Numbered from the stretch's first letter, positions 24,450-37,682 are shown. The stretch: DNA of 64,000 nt from Octopus sinensis (GCF_006345805.1 NC_043008.1:75516001-75580000), one strand, 5' to 3'. The notes: a model not told the origin generated them from the letters alone. Program-made: numbers and translations.

Positions 24450-26800
24450 CTACTCTTTTCTGATATCTAGAGAGCTTGCCTGATAATTCTTTTTCCGCTT
24501 AATTTTCGCTCCCGTTACCGTTTCGTATTCTTTTAGTATCTCACCGACCAGATCGATATGGCCGCGGCTAGACACTATGACAGTGACGTCATATGTGTAT
24601 GCAGACACGCTCGTCCCACATCCCAATTCTTGCGGGATGACCCTTAGCGTCGCCAGCTTCCGCAGTAGTGGTTCGAGAGTCAATACGTACAGAAGCAACG
24701 AGAGGGGGTATCCCTGACGGACCGAACGTGCAATGTCAAATGGTCTGGATAGATGCCCATTCACGCGAACTACTGAACAGATAACGCTATATAACGCAGC
24801 AATCCAGCCGCGGAAAATGGGACCGAAACCAGCCGCTATGAGAAACAGCTTCCAAGTGGTCTACCCATTTGAAAGCTTTGGATTGATCCAAATTGATCAG
24901 CGCCCTACCCATGCCAGGTTCCTTAACTACCCTATCTATGATGTCGCACATCAGATGGAGGTAGTCATGGATACACGAACCCGGCACGGCGCACGTTTGC
25001 GCCTTGTCGACCATTTTCTCGATGACATGTGCCAACCTCTTGGCTAATACCATGACCAAAATCTTCAAATCTGTATTGAGTAGGGTGATGGGCCTGAAGT
25101 TATTTTTGACGTTACCCTCGTTTGGATCTTTCTGTGGCAATGCAATTGCTCCTCACTTCACAGAAAGGGGGATACTCCCGTTTTGCTGCGAGTTGCAGTA
25201 GACCGCAGCCAAGACGCCTCCAAACAAGTCTGGCATATGACAACAGAGTTCGTAGGGAGACCATCCGAGCCTAGCGACTTGTTTCCCGCGCAGCCTACCA
25301 TCACATCCCGTACGTCCGTAGCTGTGTTGGGTCTTTCACAATACTCCGCTTCTATTGCCGAGAATCGTGGAAGGCCATGCAGGTAGGCACTGAAGTCCAC
25401 CCTGCGTTCTGGCTCACCAGTTTTCTCGAATAGTCGGGAAAGTGCTGTTGAAAGCCTCACACATTTTTCCAGGCTCGAGTAATTCGCGCCCCTGTTCATA
25501 TATCAGAGACCAAATGGTGGCTTTGTTGCCTTGTTGTGCCTCTGCCACTTGGACCTTCCGTGTGGCTCCAATATATTCGTTTTTTAGAGCACGCATCCCA
25601 GCTCTGACATTTATAATTGTCTCTTCTAGTTTCTTAACTAGATCTCCCTCTCTTTTATTCTTTTACTATACCTAATGGATTCTACTTTTATTGATCTTTT
25701 GAGGGCAAACCACCAGTTGTTGTTGATGAGGGCTCCCACAAAAACACTCTTCACTAGTGTACTAATCCGGTCTCTGTAAATCTGTCTTGACGGGAAAGAC
25801 GCGTCCAGTTTCCAGTAACCGGGATCCTGTCTTTGTGTGTTTTCTAAGTTTAGCGTACACGTCACAAATTTGTGATCTCTGTACCTTATTATATGAAATT
25901 GTGGACAACCTATACTATCTATATCTACTGTCCTACACAGTATTCTATCTAGATACGATCTCGACGACCCAATGCGGTTGCTCCATGTCCACGTTGGCAC
26001 ATTCTGGTAGTCGAGCCGGTACCTGTCGGACAGTTGAAAGCGTCTGAGCAGGTTTTTGAGGCATTTGCCTCCCCGTCTATTTCTATCAGTACCCACATAG
26101 TCTAGATACGTGTCCAAGGTAGCATTCCAATCCCCCACTAAAAGTAAATAGACGTTGAAAGAAATCCGATCGAATTGAACACGGTGCAATTTAATTTTGG
26201 GATATGTAAATGAAGATTGGAACTCTGTTTAGGTGGCATAGATTTGGTTTGGTTTATCTCTCGTGTTGTGAAGGTTACATTTTTAACGCTTCTGTAAACA
26301 TTTTGTTCTTGTTGTTGTCCCTGGTGGTGGTGGTGGAGGTGTTGGTAGCAGAGGTGATAGTAGTTGTAGCAAAAGTTGTAGTAGTGTTGGCGTAGGCGGC
26401 AGAGTTAATATCTTTAGTAGAGTTCACGGTGGACGGCTTTGCGTTAATAGTTTCGTTGCTGTTGTTGTTGTTGTAGTGGTGGTATTGGTGATAGTGGTGG
26501 TGGTAACAGATCCGTTGAAGTTGTTTGTCTCAGCAAAAAACCCTCTTCAACACTTCCACTCCCACGTCACAGAAGTCTGTATCCATTCTTTTTAAACTTT
26601 TGTTTTCTGTCGTTTTATCTGTGTAGTGGCAGTGGGAGGCTTGGAAACTGTTCCTCACAAACGGCCAGAATGGCGTTCTTCTATGTGCGTTTAAGTGGAA
26701 CGACTTTTTTTCGGCCTCCCTCTCCTCTAGCAATGCTTCATGATTTGATTTAGACATTTTCGTTTCGCAGATGGCGAAGAAAACGGAAGAAAATTTCTAA
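24450..26800 (-). mobile_element. L1/Tx1-type LINE, decayed and 3'-truncated (ORF1 remnants, APE, RT)
   Basis: LLVGDWNATLD, SSRSYLDRI, RDHKFV and PGYWKL (25638-26189); NFRPITLLNTDLKIL and DQSKAF (24787-25140); SVRQGYPLSLLLY (24450-24764). Confidence 0.9.
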
Positions 26801-27140
26801 ATTTTAGAAATTCACCCACGAAGGGCCCCTTTCCTACTAAAATACCTAGGCTGAAAGGGGAAGATGTTAGAAAACTCTTGAAGCCAGGACCACAGATCTT
26901 TCTACTTAACTAAATATTCTGAAACTTCGTATGCTGATAGAGTCTAGCAAAACAAGACACAGGTTGGACCTAGTTTATTTGAGAAAAATCTATTTTATAA
27001 CTTTAATCGTAGATTAAAACTGCGAATTTTAACCAATCAGATTGTTTGTTTTCATGTGTAAAACTTGACTGCATTCTATTAGTGTGACGTAGAAAGCGCT
27101 TTTGTGACGTACTAACGTTCGGAAAACTGTAAACAAACAC

Positions 27141-27206
27141 AGAACGTAACGGCAGACGAAATACGGCTACGCATTTCGCCCGGCGTGCTAACGTTTCTGC
27201 CAGCTC
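27141..27206 (-). mobile_element. SINE family 1 head fragment
   Basis: Reverse complement GAGCTGGCAGAAACGTTAGCACGCCGGGCGAAATGCGTAGCCGTATTTCGTCTGCCGTTACGTTCT. Confidence 0.8.
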
Positions 27207-27852
27207 TTTGCTTTTTTAATATTAAATTCTTGCCTTTTGCACAAATAAATACAATAAGTGAAATGAAACGCATTAGCTTAGAAACGAAATCTTGTTAGAA
27301 GCCTCGTCACTGAGATGCCACTTCTTAATAGCAAACGAAAGCAAGTACTAACAGAATGGAAACATTTTCAATTTAATACATGTGGCTTATTAACTAGTTT
27401 TAAATATTGTTATTAGAAGGTGGCTGACTATAGGATCCTGGAAACATGGGTACGTTAAATAATTAGAAGGAGATTTCACGGAAAAATGCGGCTTGTTTAC
27501 ATTTCAGATGTTTAATACGTCACCAAATTGGTGGTCGAGACGGAGTAAATAAAATAAAGTCGAATGACGGAATATCATTGGTTAAAATTCTAATTATTAA
27601 ACAACGTTAAACTTAGAAGTTACAATTCCGTTTTCATTCTGGTTTACAATTAAGTTTACTTTTGACACATTCTACCAGTATACGAAGTTTCAAATTGTTT
27701 GGTTCAGTAGGAAAAATTTGAAAAAACTGGCTTCCGAATTGAAAAGATCCGAAGATGTTAGAAAACTCTTTCAAAAAAATTTCAACAACAAACAGTTTTT
27801 TTCACACAAAAAAGCCAACTTACTTGAAGCCGATTTGTCACCAATCCATTCA

Positions 27853-27878
27853 CATCAGATAGATAGGTAGATAGATAG

Positions 27879-27977
<99 letters not shown>

Positions 27978-27990
27978 CAGACAGATAGAT
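27853..27990. repeat. (ATAG)n tetranucleotide microsatellite
   Basis: Direct reading. Confidence 0.95.
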
Positions 27991-28146
27991 ATGCGTGTAT
28001 ATATGATTCATTGGCTCAGTGAATAAAATATACAGATATTCGTGAAATACATTTATACAATGAAATATCAACAAACAATATGGTAGTGCAATAACTTAGA
28101 AATAGAATCGGCAAGATTTATAATTGTTCGCGTTAGTTATATTGTT

Positions 28147-28159
28147 CATGAAACAATAT

Positions 28160-28227
<68 letters not shown>

Positions 28228-28236
28228 TACTACTAC

Positions 28237-28268
<32 letters not shown>

Positions 28269-28320
28269 ATAATAATAATAATGATGATGATGATGATGTT
28301 AATAATAATAATAATAATAT
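28147..28320. repeat. Compound (ACT)n/(AAT)n/(GAT)n microsatellite
   Basis: Direct reading. Confidence 0.95.
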
Positions 28321-29365
28321 TTCCAACAGTCTAATCAGTTGTACGTATATGAAATAATAATTATAGTTTCTTGGAGACACGATTTGTACAAGCTGTTTTT
28401 CCGATTCGGTTTTGATTCTTTGTCAGACATTTCGATAATCTAGTTTATGCTTACAAATAGATTTTGTAAATTGACCTATATAGAAACATTAACGTCATGT
28501 GGTTAGCCAACTAGATCAGTCAAAGTTTTGATAATTTGATCTGCATAGCTGCAGGCCGTTAATTGAGTTATGAAGGTATATCATTTATGTTGTTGCTCAA
28601 AGACAACGGAGGTTTTGATCAATAGGTTACATTATTAGAGAGCTGGATGATATGTGAGAAACTGTCGGCAGGTATGAGGAAAATGGTGATACATGATTAA
28701 CGCTCGGTAACAAACACACACGACATATACACAAACTCACACACACAAGGAGAGAAAGATAGGCAGGTGCATGTATGAAAATATATGAACATGCATATAG
28801 ATAAATAAATATTTACATGTGTGTGTGTGTATGTGTGTGTGGATGTGCTTGTGTGTGTGATGCAATTGCCAGAAAATATTTTCTCGCAGAGAGAATATTT
28901 ACAAAATATCTCCATAAATCAGAAAACATTGCATTGAACCACCAAATTTGAAATCTACCACAAGAAGAGGCAAGTTGAACAGAATTTGATTATCACTTCA
29001 AATACTCAACTTGAGGCCAACTTTTGCTAACTATAACATAGTTAACCCCTCAAGGATAGATGAACAAAGAAAGATGATAGTTATTATTCGATCCCTAAAA
29101 GAATACGTGCCTGAAAATCATGTAATAGATATTGCCTTTCTGCTTGTGGACTGAATACGCACAAGTTTATACACAGAGGTAGTTGTCATGATTCTCCATT
29201 CTATGTAAATATGAAGAGATGTATACTCAATAATATTGAAAAAGGAAAAGGGTTGTTTTCATCAACTGGGTTGCAGTCATATTCAGCTCAAACTTCATTT
29301 AGAACATAGTTATTAACATAGACGTTATTAAATCGACTGCCAATATGTAGGTACATTCATATAAT

Positions 29366-29733
29366 GGAGGTGCAATGGCCCAGTGGTTAGGGCAGCGGAC
29401 TCACGGTCGTAGGATCGCGGTTTCGATCCTACGAGAGTTTATTGAGCGAAAACACCTAAAGCTCCAAAAGCGTCTGGCAAGGGGTGGTGGCGAACCTGCT
29501 GTACTCTTTCACCACAACTTTCTCTCGCTCTTTCCTTCTGTTTCTGTTGTACCTGTATTTCAATAGGTTGGCCCTGTCACACTCTGTATCAGGCTGAATC
29601 TCCCAGTGAACTGCGTTAATGGTACACGTGTCTGTGGAATGCTCAGTCACAACTACGTTAATTTCACGAGCAGGCGGTTTCGTTGATCGAATCAACTGAA
29701 ACCCTCGTCGTCATAATCGACGGTGTGCCACGA
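29366..29733 (+). mobile_element. tRNA-derived SINE family 3
   Basis: A-box-like TGGCCCAGTGG (29375-29386) and B-box-like GGTTTCGATCC (~29420-29430), followed by a ~300-bp non-tRNA body. Confidence 0.75.
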
Positions 29734-29929
29734 CATTCATATAAACATCTCTCTCTCTGTTCCAAATACTGTTACATATATGTATGTGAATGAGTGGGTG
29801 TATGTCTATATGTATATGCACATGTATGTAAGTAAACAGACAAACAGGCGGATAGGTCCATAGGTTACATGAGCAGACAAGCAAACAAACGCACACATAC
29901 ACAAATGAAGACTGAAACACATGACCATA

Positions 29930-30345
29930 TATACACACACTTCACTTCACACAATGATGCATATAGAGACACACGTCCACACATCTGGAGATAAATATCC
30001 ATACATAAAAACACAGTACATAGCTGCAAAAAACCCATACACACACATACACACACAGATACTCTCAGACATGCACACAAAAGGAGACAAAAGTACATAC
30101 ACACACGCGCATATACACATGCAAACGCACGCACACACATAAAAACACGGAAGCAAGGACACAAGCACATGAATATGCAGAATACATACATGCAAGTGTA
30201 CACACATACATAGATACATATATATGCACACACATACATGCATACACACACATACATGCATTCATACATAGATGCATATATACATACATACATTCATGTG
30301 TATGCACACACACACACACACACTGACCCATACACATGCACACAA
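29930..30345. repeat. Degenerate CA/CATA-rich low-complexity tract
   Basis: Direct reading. Confidence 0.85.
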
Positions 30346-30463
30346 ACAAACCAAAAGAACGCAGTGTGAATATCGGAAAGAGTCAACTATTGAGAAGTTT
30401 GCAAGATGCAACGAAAATTTTAGTAAAATGAAGAAAGAAATCAGTGGAAAATTTATAGGTGAG

Positions 30464-30696
30464 TGTGTTAAATTATAAGACACTAAAAGTGAATGACTCT
30501 CTCCGGACACAACAGTATATATATATATATATGTATATATGACCGTGACCGACCAGGTTATCAGATGTTGCTACACATCGGTGGTCACGATGCGAATGTG
30601 TAGCAACATCTGATAACCTGCTCGGTCACGGTCATATATATATACTGTTGTGTCCGGAGAGAGTCATTCACTTTTAGTGTCTTATAATTTAACACA
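30464..30696. repeat. Near-perfect inverted duplication (arms 115 and 101 bp, 17-bp spacer)
   Basis: 30464-30578 is the reverse complement of 30596-30696 except for one mismatch (30553/30621) and the length of an internal (TA)n. Confidence 0.95.
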
Positions 30697-30724
30697 TATA
30701 TATACAGAGACAGAGATGGATAGA

Positions 30725-30830
30725 TAGACAGATAGATACATACATGCACGCATACATACATACATACATGCATACATACATACATACATACATACATACA
30801 TACATACATACATACATACATACATACTTA
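30725..30830. repeat. (CATA)n microsatellite
   Basis: Direct reading. Confidence 0.95.
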
Positions 30831-31977
30831 TATACACGCATTTTATGCTTAAGTCTGTATTTTGCGTATGTTTATGTAGGCATGTATACATTTGATCAGC
30901 AGCATCGGCTTGAAGATTCACTATCCCATTTATACAACTTCTGTATACAGACAGTATAATCTCCAATCTTGATATCACCTAAATTAATCTCATTGCTATC
31001 ACCACTTTCAGGTGGTCGTTTCTATTTGAAGTTACCTGAGAAGTCTAAATACTGTTCGAATGTTACAGCAAATAGAGGATTGTTGGTTTTAAAGAAAATA
31101 TTTAATCCTGTATTTCTTATTTTCTTTTAAACTTCTGGACTGTTTTCTGTTGAAGTACTTCACCGTGACAAATAAAGCCATTCATGTAAGTTAATTATCA
31201 GCTCAGATTTCAATCATGTTTTCTGAATATATAGCTTAATTTTGTTTAGTCGTGCAGACATTCAATTTTCTACGACTAATATTAACATGCAATATTATTT
31301 CTGATAGTTAATATAGAAAATATAGAAAATTCCTCAATTACCAAGACATTTTAATTAAGTAATACTATAAAGAAAGTTGCAAAATCTTAAAACAGAGAAT
31401 GTAGATGTAGAACTACTTATATTTAGGGTTATTTATAATTTTAGGCAACAAAGTAAAATGTTACAAAATGAATTGTAAACTGTAAATGTAAACTGTTTTG
31501 GGTTTTTCTGCTTTATTTCCATTCGTTACTCTTACATATAAAATGTAATCAGATTTCTCTTGTGTCGACAAAATGGTAGAAGTGTTAGAGAGATCCGATG
31601 ATAATAGTTTATATTGATATAGCTGTAAATTGTATAGTAGTAATGCAAGACTCCAAATGTACATTATAACATAATACACTAAACCACAGAGTATGTAATT
31701 CTGTAGGGAATAGAATATATAAAAAAAGTATTACTTATTGCTTTCTATTGTCATGTCAGGACTATTTCAAAATTATCTCGAAAACTGGTATGAAGGGAAT
31801 AAATAGAACTAGAAGGTGTGGACTTCGCTCGAAGTTGGCCAAGATCTTGGTGCAGGTTCTAAACAGGCTCCAAATTTAATGCAGCCACCAAAGAACAAGC
31901 ATCGTCTGATTAGTTTCCACATAATTTTAGTCTATTGTGTTACAAGGTCCTAGATTAATCCTAAATAATGTTAGAAC

Positions 31978-32050
31978 AAACCTGTCCAAGGTGCTGCGCA
32001 GTGAGATCAAACTCAGAACCATGCGATAGCAAAGTAAAATTCTTGACCGC
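31978..32050 (-). mobile_element. SINE family 2 head fragment
   Basis: CCAAGGTGCTGCGCAGTGAGATCAAACTCAGAACC resembles 519-570. Confidence 0.55.
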
Positions 32051-34423
32051 TTATCTGTTCAAATAAAGCTTCAAATTAAAAGTCTTCATGTAATAAAATC
32101 CTCCAAATGAGTACTTCAGACTTTCTTCTGCTATAAAACTAATCAGCTATTCAATGATTTCTCTCCCATTTCTATGATAAATACATTTACCTACACGTTC
32201 CCTGGGATGTTAACATTCAATGTATGGCAAGAGAATATGTAATTTCCTTATTCATATTATAGTGATGTTTATGTGCTGGGTTTCAACCGAAATATCAAAT
32301 ATCGTAGTCTTTTATTGCTTCACTATCATTCTAATGTTTGTTCTTTTTTTACCACAAATAATTGTTTCGCATTTGTATATCCTTAACGGTGTGACTATTT
32401 CTATGGACGCCACGTATGAAATATGCCATATGCATTATTTTCAAAAGATACCGTGATAAAACTGAAGAGTAAAAATATACACTAGAATCAAATATTACTC
32501 TAACAATTAGGATTTATTTCCCTATTTAAAGCTTTGACTTCATCGTGGTATATTCACTAACTTCATCATGCATTTATTCCAGAGGCTTTAAATGTATTCT
32601 TATCATATGTAAGCACACTTGTTAACTTTTCAACATTTATTTCAATCATCAAAACACTTCTGTTTTTGTAATGAATGAAACGCCTTTTAAATTAGTTGAT
32701 TTTGTCCATCATCGCGCGTCACCTTAACAATAGAGAATGAAATATCCAACCAAACATACATTGCTTCAGTGGATTGGTTGCCACAAGAGTATTCTATGCC
32801 AAAACATTCTTGGATGAAAAACTTTTAAATAAGAATACACACGTTTCTTCATTATCATCAAAGTCATTGAATATGTAGCCAAGTGTAACATGGCAGTCAC
32901 TAATATTTCCAGCGCTATGCCAGTTCCCCTATTTGGTGATCCACTTATTTTCTGATAATTTTTCCCTAGCTATCAATATTGCAATTCCGTTTACATATTT
33001 TTGAATCATAATTAAAATCTAAAATATAATTACAATAACGGCATTTTTAAAGTACTGAAACGGGTAGGATATAATCAATTATTGATAGGGGCGTAAATAA
33101 CACTTATTATCACAAACAATAAAAATAATAACGTAAGATTCATACCCATTTTAGACATAATTTTTCACAATACATTTAAAAAATAATATGAAAACGATAA
33201 TAATGGACATTTTATGTTTCTAGGCTTTTAAAAGTTGTTTTATTTTTAATGTGAATTTATTTCAGTAAATTTCATTATTGGACAAAAAGGTTGGCAAATT
33301 ATCATTGCGGTATGAAATGCTTTGGTAGGTAATGTTACCCGTTGCCAATATTAATCTAAATGTTACCTAAAAAATACTTCACAAAGGTGAAATAAATAAT
33401 TTTCAGTATTGATTTTCCTGGTTTATGTAATATATAACATTCGATTATTAAGTGAATGAAAATAAGAGCAGAAAATAATCCGTGTGTAAAAGGCTATGGT
33501 ATGAATCTAATAAACAGTAACTTAAAGACATAAGGTTTAAACATAATGTTACTGACATTAACTATTGGTCCTCTATTTTCTTATTTAATGTAATTCTTTC
33601 TCACCCGTATTCATGTGGAAATATTAGATTGAAACGGGAAAGTGTCTCATGAAACTAGTTCCTTTCCTGAAAGTGTTCATTATAATTTAGATTAAATGAA
33701 TCGCGCACAGCAGGGCATCTTTAACAGAATGACGACATAAGGATTTCTATCTCTACTAGGTATTTGAATCGCAACTAAAATTATTGTTTTCATAGAAACG
33801 GCCTTGTATGATACTGCTATTATCAACTGTATTTAAACAAAGTACTTTTTAAATGAGTGAAGCTGAATAACTTTAAAGGAGTTCCATCTGATCAATGGCA
33901 TATGCATATATAATTGGTGCCTTTAAAATATACGAAACTGTCATCTTAAATGAGGTTCCGGTCCGCTGTAGAAGAACACTGGCATACGTACTCCGTTGAA
34001 CCACAGTAATCTATACGCATTACTAACATGACGAAAGGAAAATAAATAAAAAGGACTGCAATTGTTCGTTTTTAATTAGTTTGTGTTTGGTTTTAAAAAA
34101 GGATAGCTGAAATGTCAATTGGGAAATGTTACATGATATTTGTAAAGAGCGGTGAGGCAAATATTCATTAGCTGTGAGTGTATTTGTTTGACATTATCAT
34201 CCTCTATCCTGCTTCAAATTTCCTTAGTACGTGCAGAAGTTTAATTTTTCTGATATCACCAGATTGTTTCTCCAAATATTATTCTTTCTATTCCTAAACT
34301 TTCAACATAGTACTATGAATCCACGTTGAAATATTATGAGGTTTAGGCTTTCTCAACGAAAATTGTTTTGATATTCTGCCATCTTGGACAAATCAATTCT
34401 TCAGAAATTGTTTTAACGAAATA

Positions 34424-35634
34424 TACGAAGGTGGGCTGAAAAGTTAATCGGCTGACCATGAAAGAGTGTCGTTAGAGTTGTGAGCTCTTGCTTGCATTAA
34501 TAATTTCAGCACTTTTTAATACAACTACATTTCTTCCTTCTAGGTAAATAGATATCTGACTGTTCAAAGAACACTTCAAAAGTAACTGGTAGCGACGTAT
34601 CTTGAAAATCGAAAAAAATTAGCATCGTAGTGTTATCAATTATCTTCAGAAAAATAGTTTAGTCTCTAAAGACATTCATGCTGACATGATTGCTACATTA
34701 AGAGATGACACTCCAGCTTCATCAGCATTACAAAAGTGCGCAGTTGGATTTAAGAGGGAAAAGGATAGTGTTGATGATGACCAAAGGTGTGGACGTCCTG
34801 CAAATGCCACCAACGAGAAAAAACATTATTTGTGTTCATCACATGCTAACAGATGACAGGGGATGGAATGTAAATCAAATAACCAATGCTATTAGTATAT
34901 TCCTTGAGAAAGTTGGGAATATTCTGCATTAAGAAGATGTCATGACAAAGGTCTCTCCATGGAGGATATCACGTCTGCTGATTAAAAGCAAAGTAAGCTG
35001 ATCACGGAAAAATATGATATTGTTTGAGGCAGATCCTGCTGGTTTCGTTGAAAGTTTCCTAACCCACCTGCTCCAAAAGACATCAAGGTCGTCACAACTG
35101 CAGGGAAGGTGGTGGCTTCAGTTTTGTGGGATGCAAAAGTCATTGTGTCTATTAACTATCTTCGAAAGGGCCAACCCATCAAAGGAGAGCACTATACCAA
35201 CTTGCTAAGGTAATTACGAAAGGCTACCAAAGACAATTGCCCAGGAAACTAACAAAATGTGTCTGTCTTGTTTCATCACAACAATGCTCTCGCACAGAAG
35301 TTCTTGGTTCAATAGCTGCTTTGTTTGACTATAATTTGAACTGGCTGCTCACCTATTCTCCTAATTTGACTTCATATTACTATCATATGAGCCCCAACAT
35401 AAAATGCTCTTGGTCGGGAAGGAATATTGTAGAGATGATGACATCATATCTTCTGCTCATGACTCTTTGACCATGAGGATAAAATCTTTTTCGTCAATGG
35501 TATCCAAACAATGCAAAACTGATTGAAGAAATGTGCGGACCGCAAGGGTGGGGACTATGTTGAAAAATGAACCTCATTTGGTAACATTCCATGAAAGTAT
35601 CTGGGCTAGTGTATGAACTTTTCAGTACCCCAAC
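34424..35634 (+). mobile_element. Mariner-type DNA transposon, near full length, pseudogenised
   Basis: TA|CGAAGGTGGGCTGAAAAGTT left end and a degenerate right TIR (AACTTTTCAG); broken frames DDDQRCGRP, AGKVVASVLWDAKV, FHHNNA, YSPNL and GGDYVEK*. Confidence 0.85.
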
Positions 35635-35865
35635 CAGCAGTATTAATCTGCTCACTATCAAACCGCTCACTATTAACCCATTTACTATTAGCCAACTGTA
35701 GACCGATTCAGTATAGACATTTTATTGTAAACCTAATCAGTATTTTACCTTTAATATTAATCCACGTTCTTTGAAGCCGCTCACTTTTTTCCACTAATTG
35801 TTAACTTATTCATTGTTAACGTTCTCATCATCAGCTCTCTATGTACTAGCTTCGGTTAGTACACA

Positions 35866-36080
35866 TTTTTCTACTCTAGGCAAAAAGGCCCGAAATTTTA
35901 GGTTGAGGGGACTAGTCGATTAGATCGACCCAAGTATGCAACTGGTACTTAATTTATCGACTCCGAAAGGATGAAAGGCAAAGGCGTCCTCTGCGGGTTT
36001 GAACTCAGAACGTAAAAACAGACGAAATAACGCTACGCATTTCGCCCGGCGTGCTTGCGTTTCTGCCAGCTCGCCGCCTT
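35866..36080 (-). mobile_element. SINE family 1
   Basis: Full head AAGGCGGCGAGCTGGCAGAA on the minus strand; tail ...AGTAGAAAAA. Confidence 0.9.
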
Positions 36081-36163
36081 TCGGCTAGTACATATTCAAA
36101 CACTGGAAGGGTAAAGAGAAGATTAACCCCCTGTTTATACAATTAATATTAAACTACATAAGT

Positions 36164-36369
36164 AAGGCAGCGAGCAGGCAGAATTCTTAGCACACTTAAC
36201 AAAGTGCTTAGCTGCATTTCGTCTGTTTTTAAATTTTGAGTTCAAATTCTACCGCGGTCGATTTTGCCTTTCCGGGATCAATATAACATTGAGCACTGAG
36301 GGTCACTGTAATCGACTTACTCGCTTCCCCGAAATTACAGTCCTTGTGCCAAATTGTGAAACCAATATT
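36164..36369 (+). mobile_element. SINE family 1
   Basis: AAGGCAGCGAGCAGGCAGAA...GAGTTCAAATTC...CCTTGTGCCAAATTGTGAAACC. Confidence 0.85.
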
Positions 36370-36490
36370 AGACTACACATCACTTCATTATTAAAGCATC
36401 TCTTCCTTATTCCCTCAGCGTTTACTGACTATTAACACATATAAACCTATTAATCCACTCTGTATAAGAGTATAAATTTCAGAAAAAAAA

Positions 36491-36668
36491 ATTGGTTTCA
36501 AATGTTGGCACAAGACTAGCATGTTCGGCGGAAGTGGTAAGTCGATACTGGTACTTACTTTATCGACCCCGACAGATATGAAGTCGTCCTCGGAGAAATT
36601 TGAACTCAGAACGAAATGCCGCTAAGTATTTTCCCGGTATGCTAACGATTCTGCCAGTTCGCAACCTT
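36491..36668 (-). mobile_element. SINE family 1 (internally deleted)
   Basis: TTGAACTCAGAAC...CGATTCTGCCAG on the plus strand; tail variant TTTGAAACCAAT. Confidence 0.8.
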
Positions 36669-36684
36669 AATTTGACAAATCATA

Positions 36685-36924
36685 TTCTTTTCTACTGTAA
36701 GTACAAGGCCCGAAATATTATGGGGAGGGATTGATAAGGGATTAGCAATATTACTGGTGTTGATTAGACCTCCTCTAGTACGCAACTGGCAATCAATTTA
36801 TCGACCCCGAAAGGATAAAAGGCAAAGTCGACCTCAGCGGAATTTGAACTGGGAACATAAAGACAGACGAAATACCGCTCGGCATTTCGTCGGCGCGCTA
36901 ACGTTACTGCCAGCTCGCCGCCTT
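36685..36924 (-). mobile_element. SINE family 1
   Basis: GAAAGGATAAAAGGCAAAGTCGACCTC...GCCAGCTCGCCGCCTT on the plus strand. Confidence 0.9.
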
Positions 36925-37142
36925 ATTTCCCAAATAATATCAATTAAAAGAACTTTACTTGTCATTGCAGCTTCTACTTCTGCCATTCTGTTGGTACAAT
37001 GTATCTAATTATCGAGAAGTATTGTTCAGGAGACACGTAAACCATTCACTTTTACGGAGTACAAGCCTACAATGATCGATATTTTTGCGTGGGTACCTGT
37101 GTGTATGTGTCCTTTTGTGTGTGTGTATTTATCTATGTGTGA

Positions 37143-37196
<54 letters not shown>

Positions 37197-37682
37197 ATGT
37201 GTAACATTGGCCATGCCCGATGAGTTTTAAAGTAGGAATGTCAGATATACAACAACTAACTCTAGAACTTGAAGTATATCGACTGCAATGAAAAGTAAAA
37301 GGAAGGCAGCAAATTAGAAGAGTCGTTACAAATTCATTGTGGTGGTATTTCCTGTCGTTTTAATTAAAATATTCAAGAGGTAAAGTTTCCCTTTACTCTT
37401 GCCGCTGCCTATAAATAAAATATCAATGAAGTAGACGGGTTGTGTCTTCCTCCTCTGTCTTTCACGATTCGCTTTAGCCATCAGTATGGTGTCTTCTAAA
37501 GAAACATGCAATGCCAATGTAGAAAGAAAAATTTACAGCAATGTATCAAATACTTTATATCTAACTTTCGTGTAGCATGTGGTTATAATTCGCCCTAGTA
37601 ACATTCTATAAATCTTAAAGTACTGTTATTTATTTAATTTACTATAAAATCTATACTGAAAATAGTTCCGGTTTAATCAAGC

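Noticed and set aside
29366-29440. tRNA gene
   Set aside because: A and B boxes are present but there is no complete cloverleaf, and the sequence continues into a SINE body; the same applies to the family 1 and 2 heads.
32500-33000. Coding-looking stretch on the minus strand
   Set aside because: All frames are interrupted and I recognise no motif; it needs a translated homology search.
37326-37517. Possible host exon (ALHVSLEDTILMAKANRERQRRKTQPVYFID) with AG acceptor-like sites
   Set aside because: No convincing donor and no partner exon; the peptide loosely resembles a decayed RT segment (..REQRRPLY.AFID), so a gene call is unsupported.
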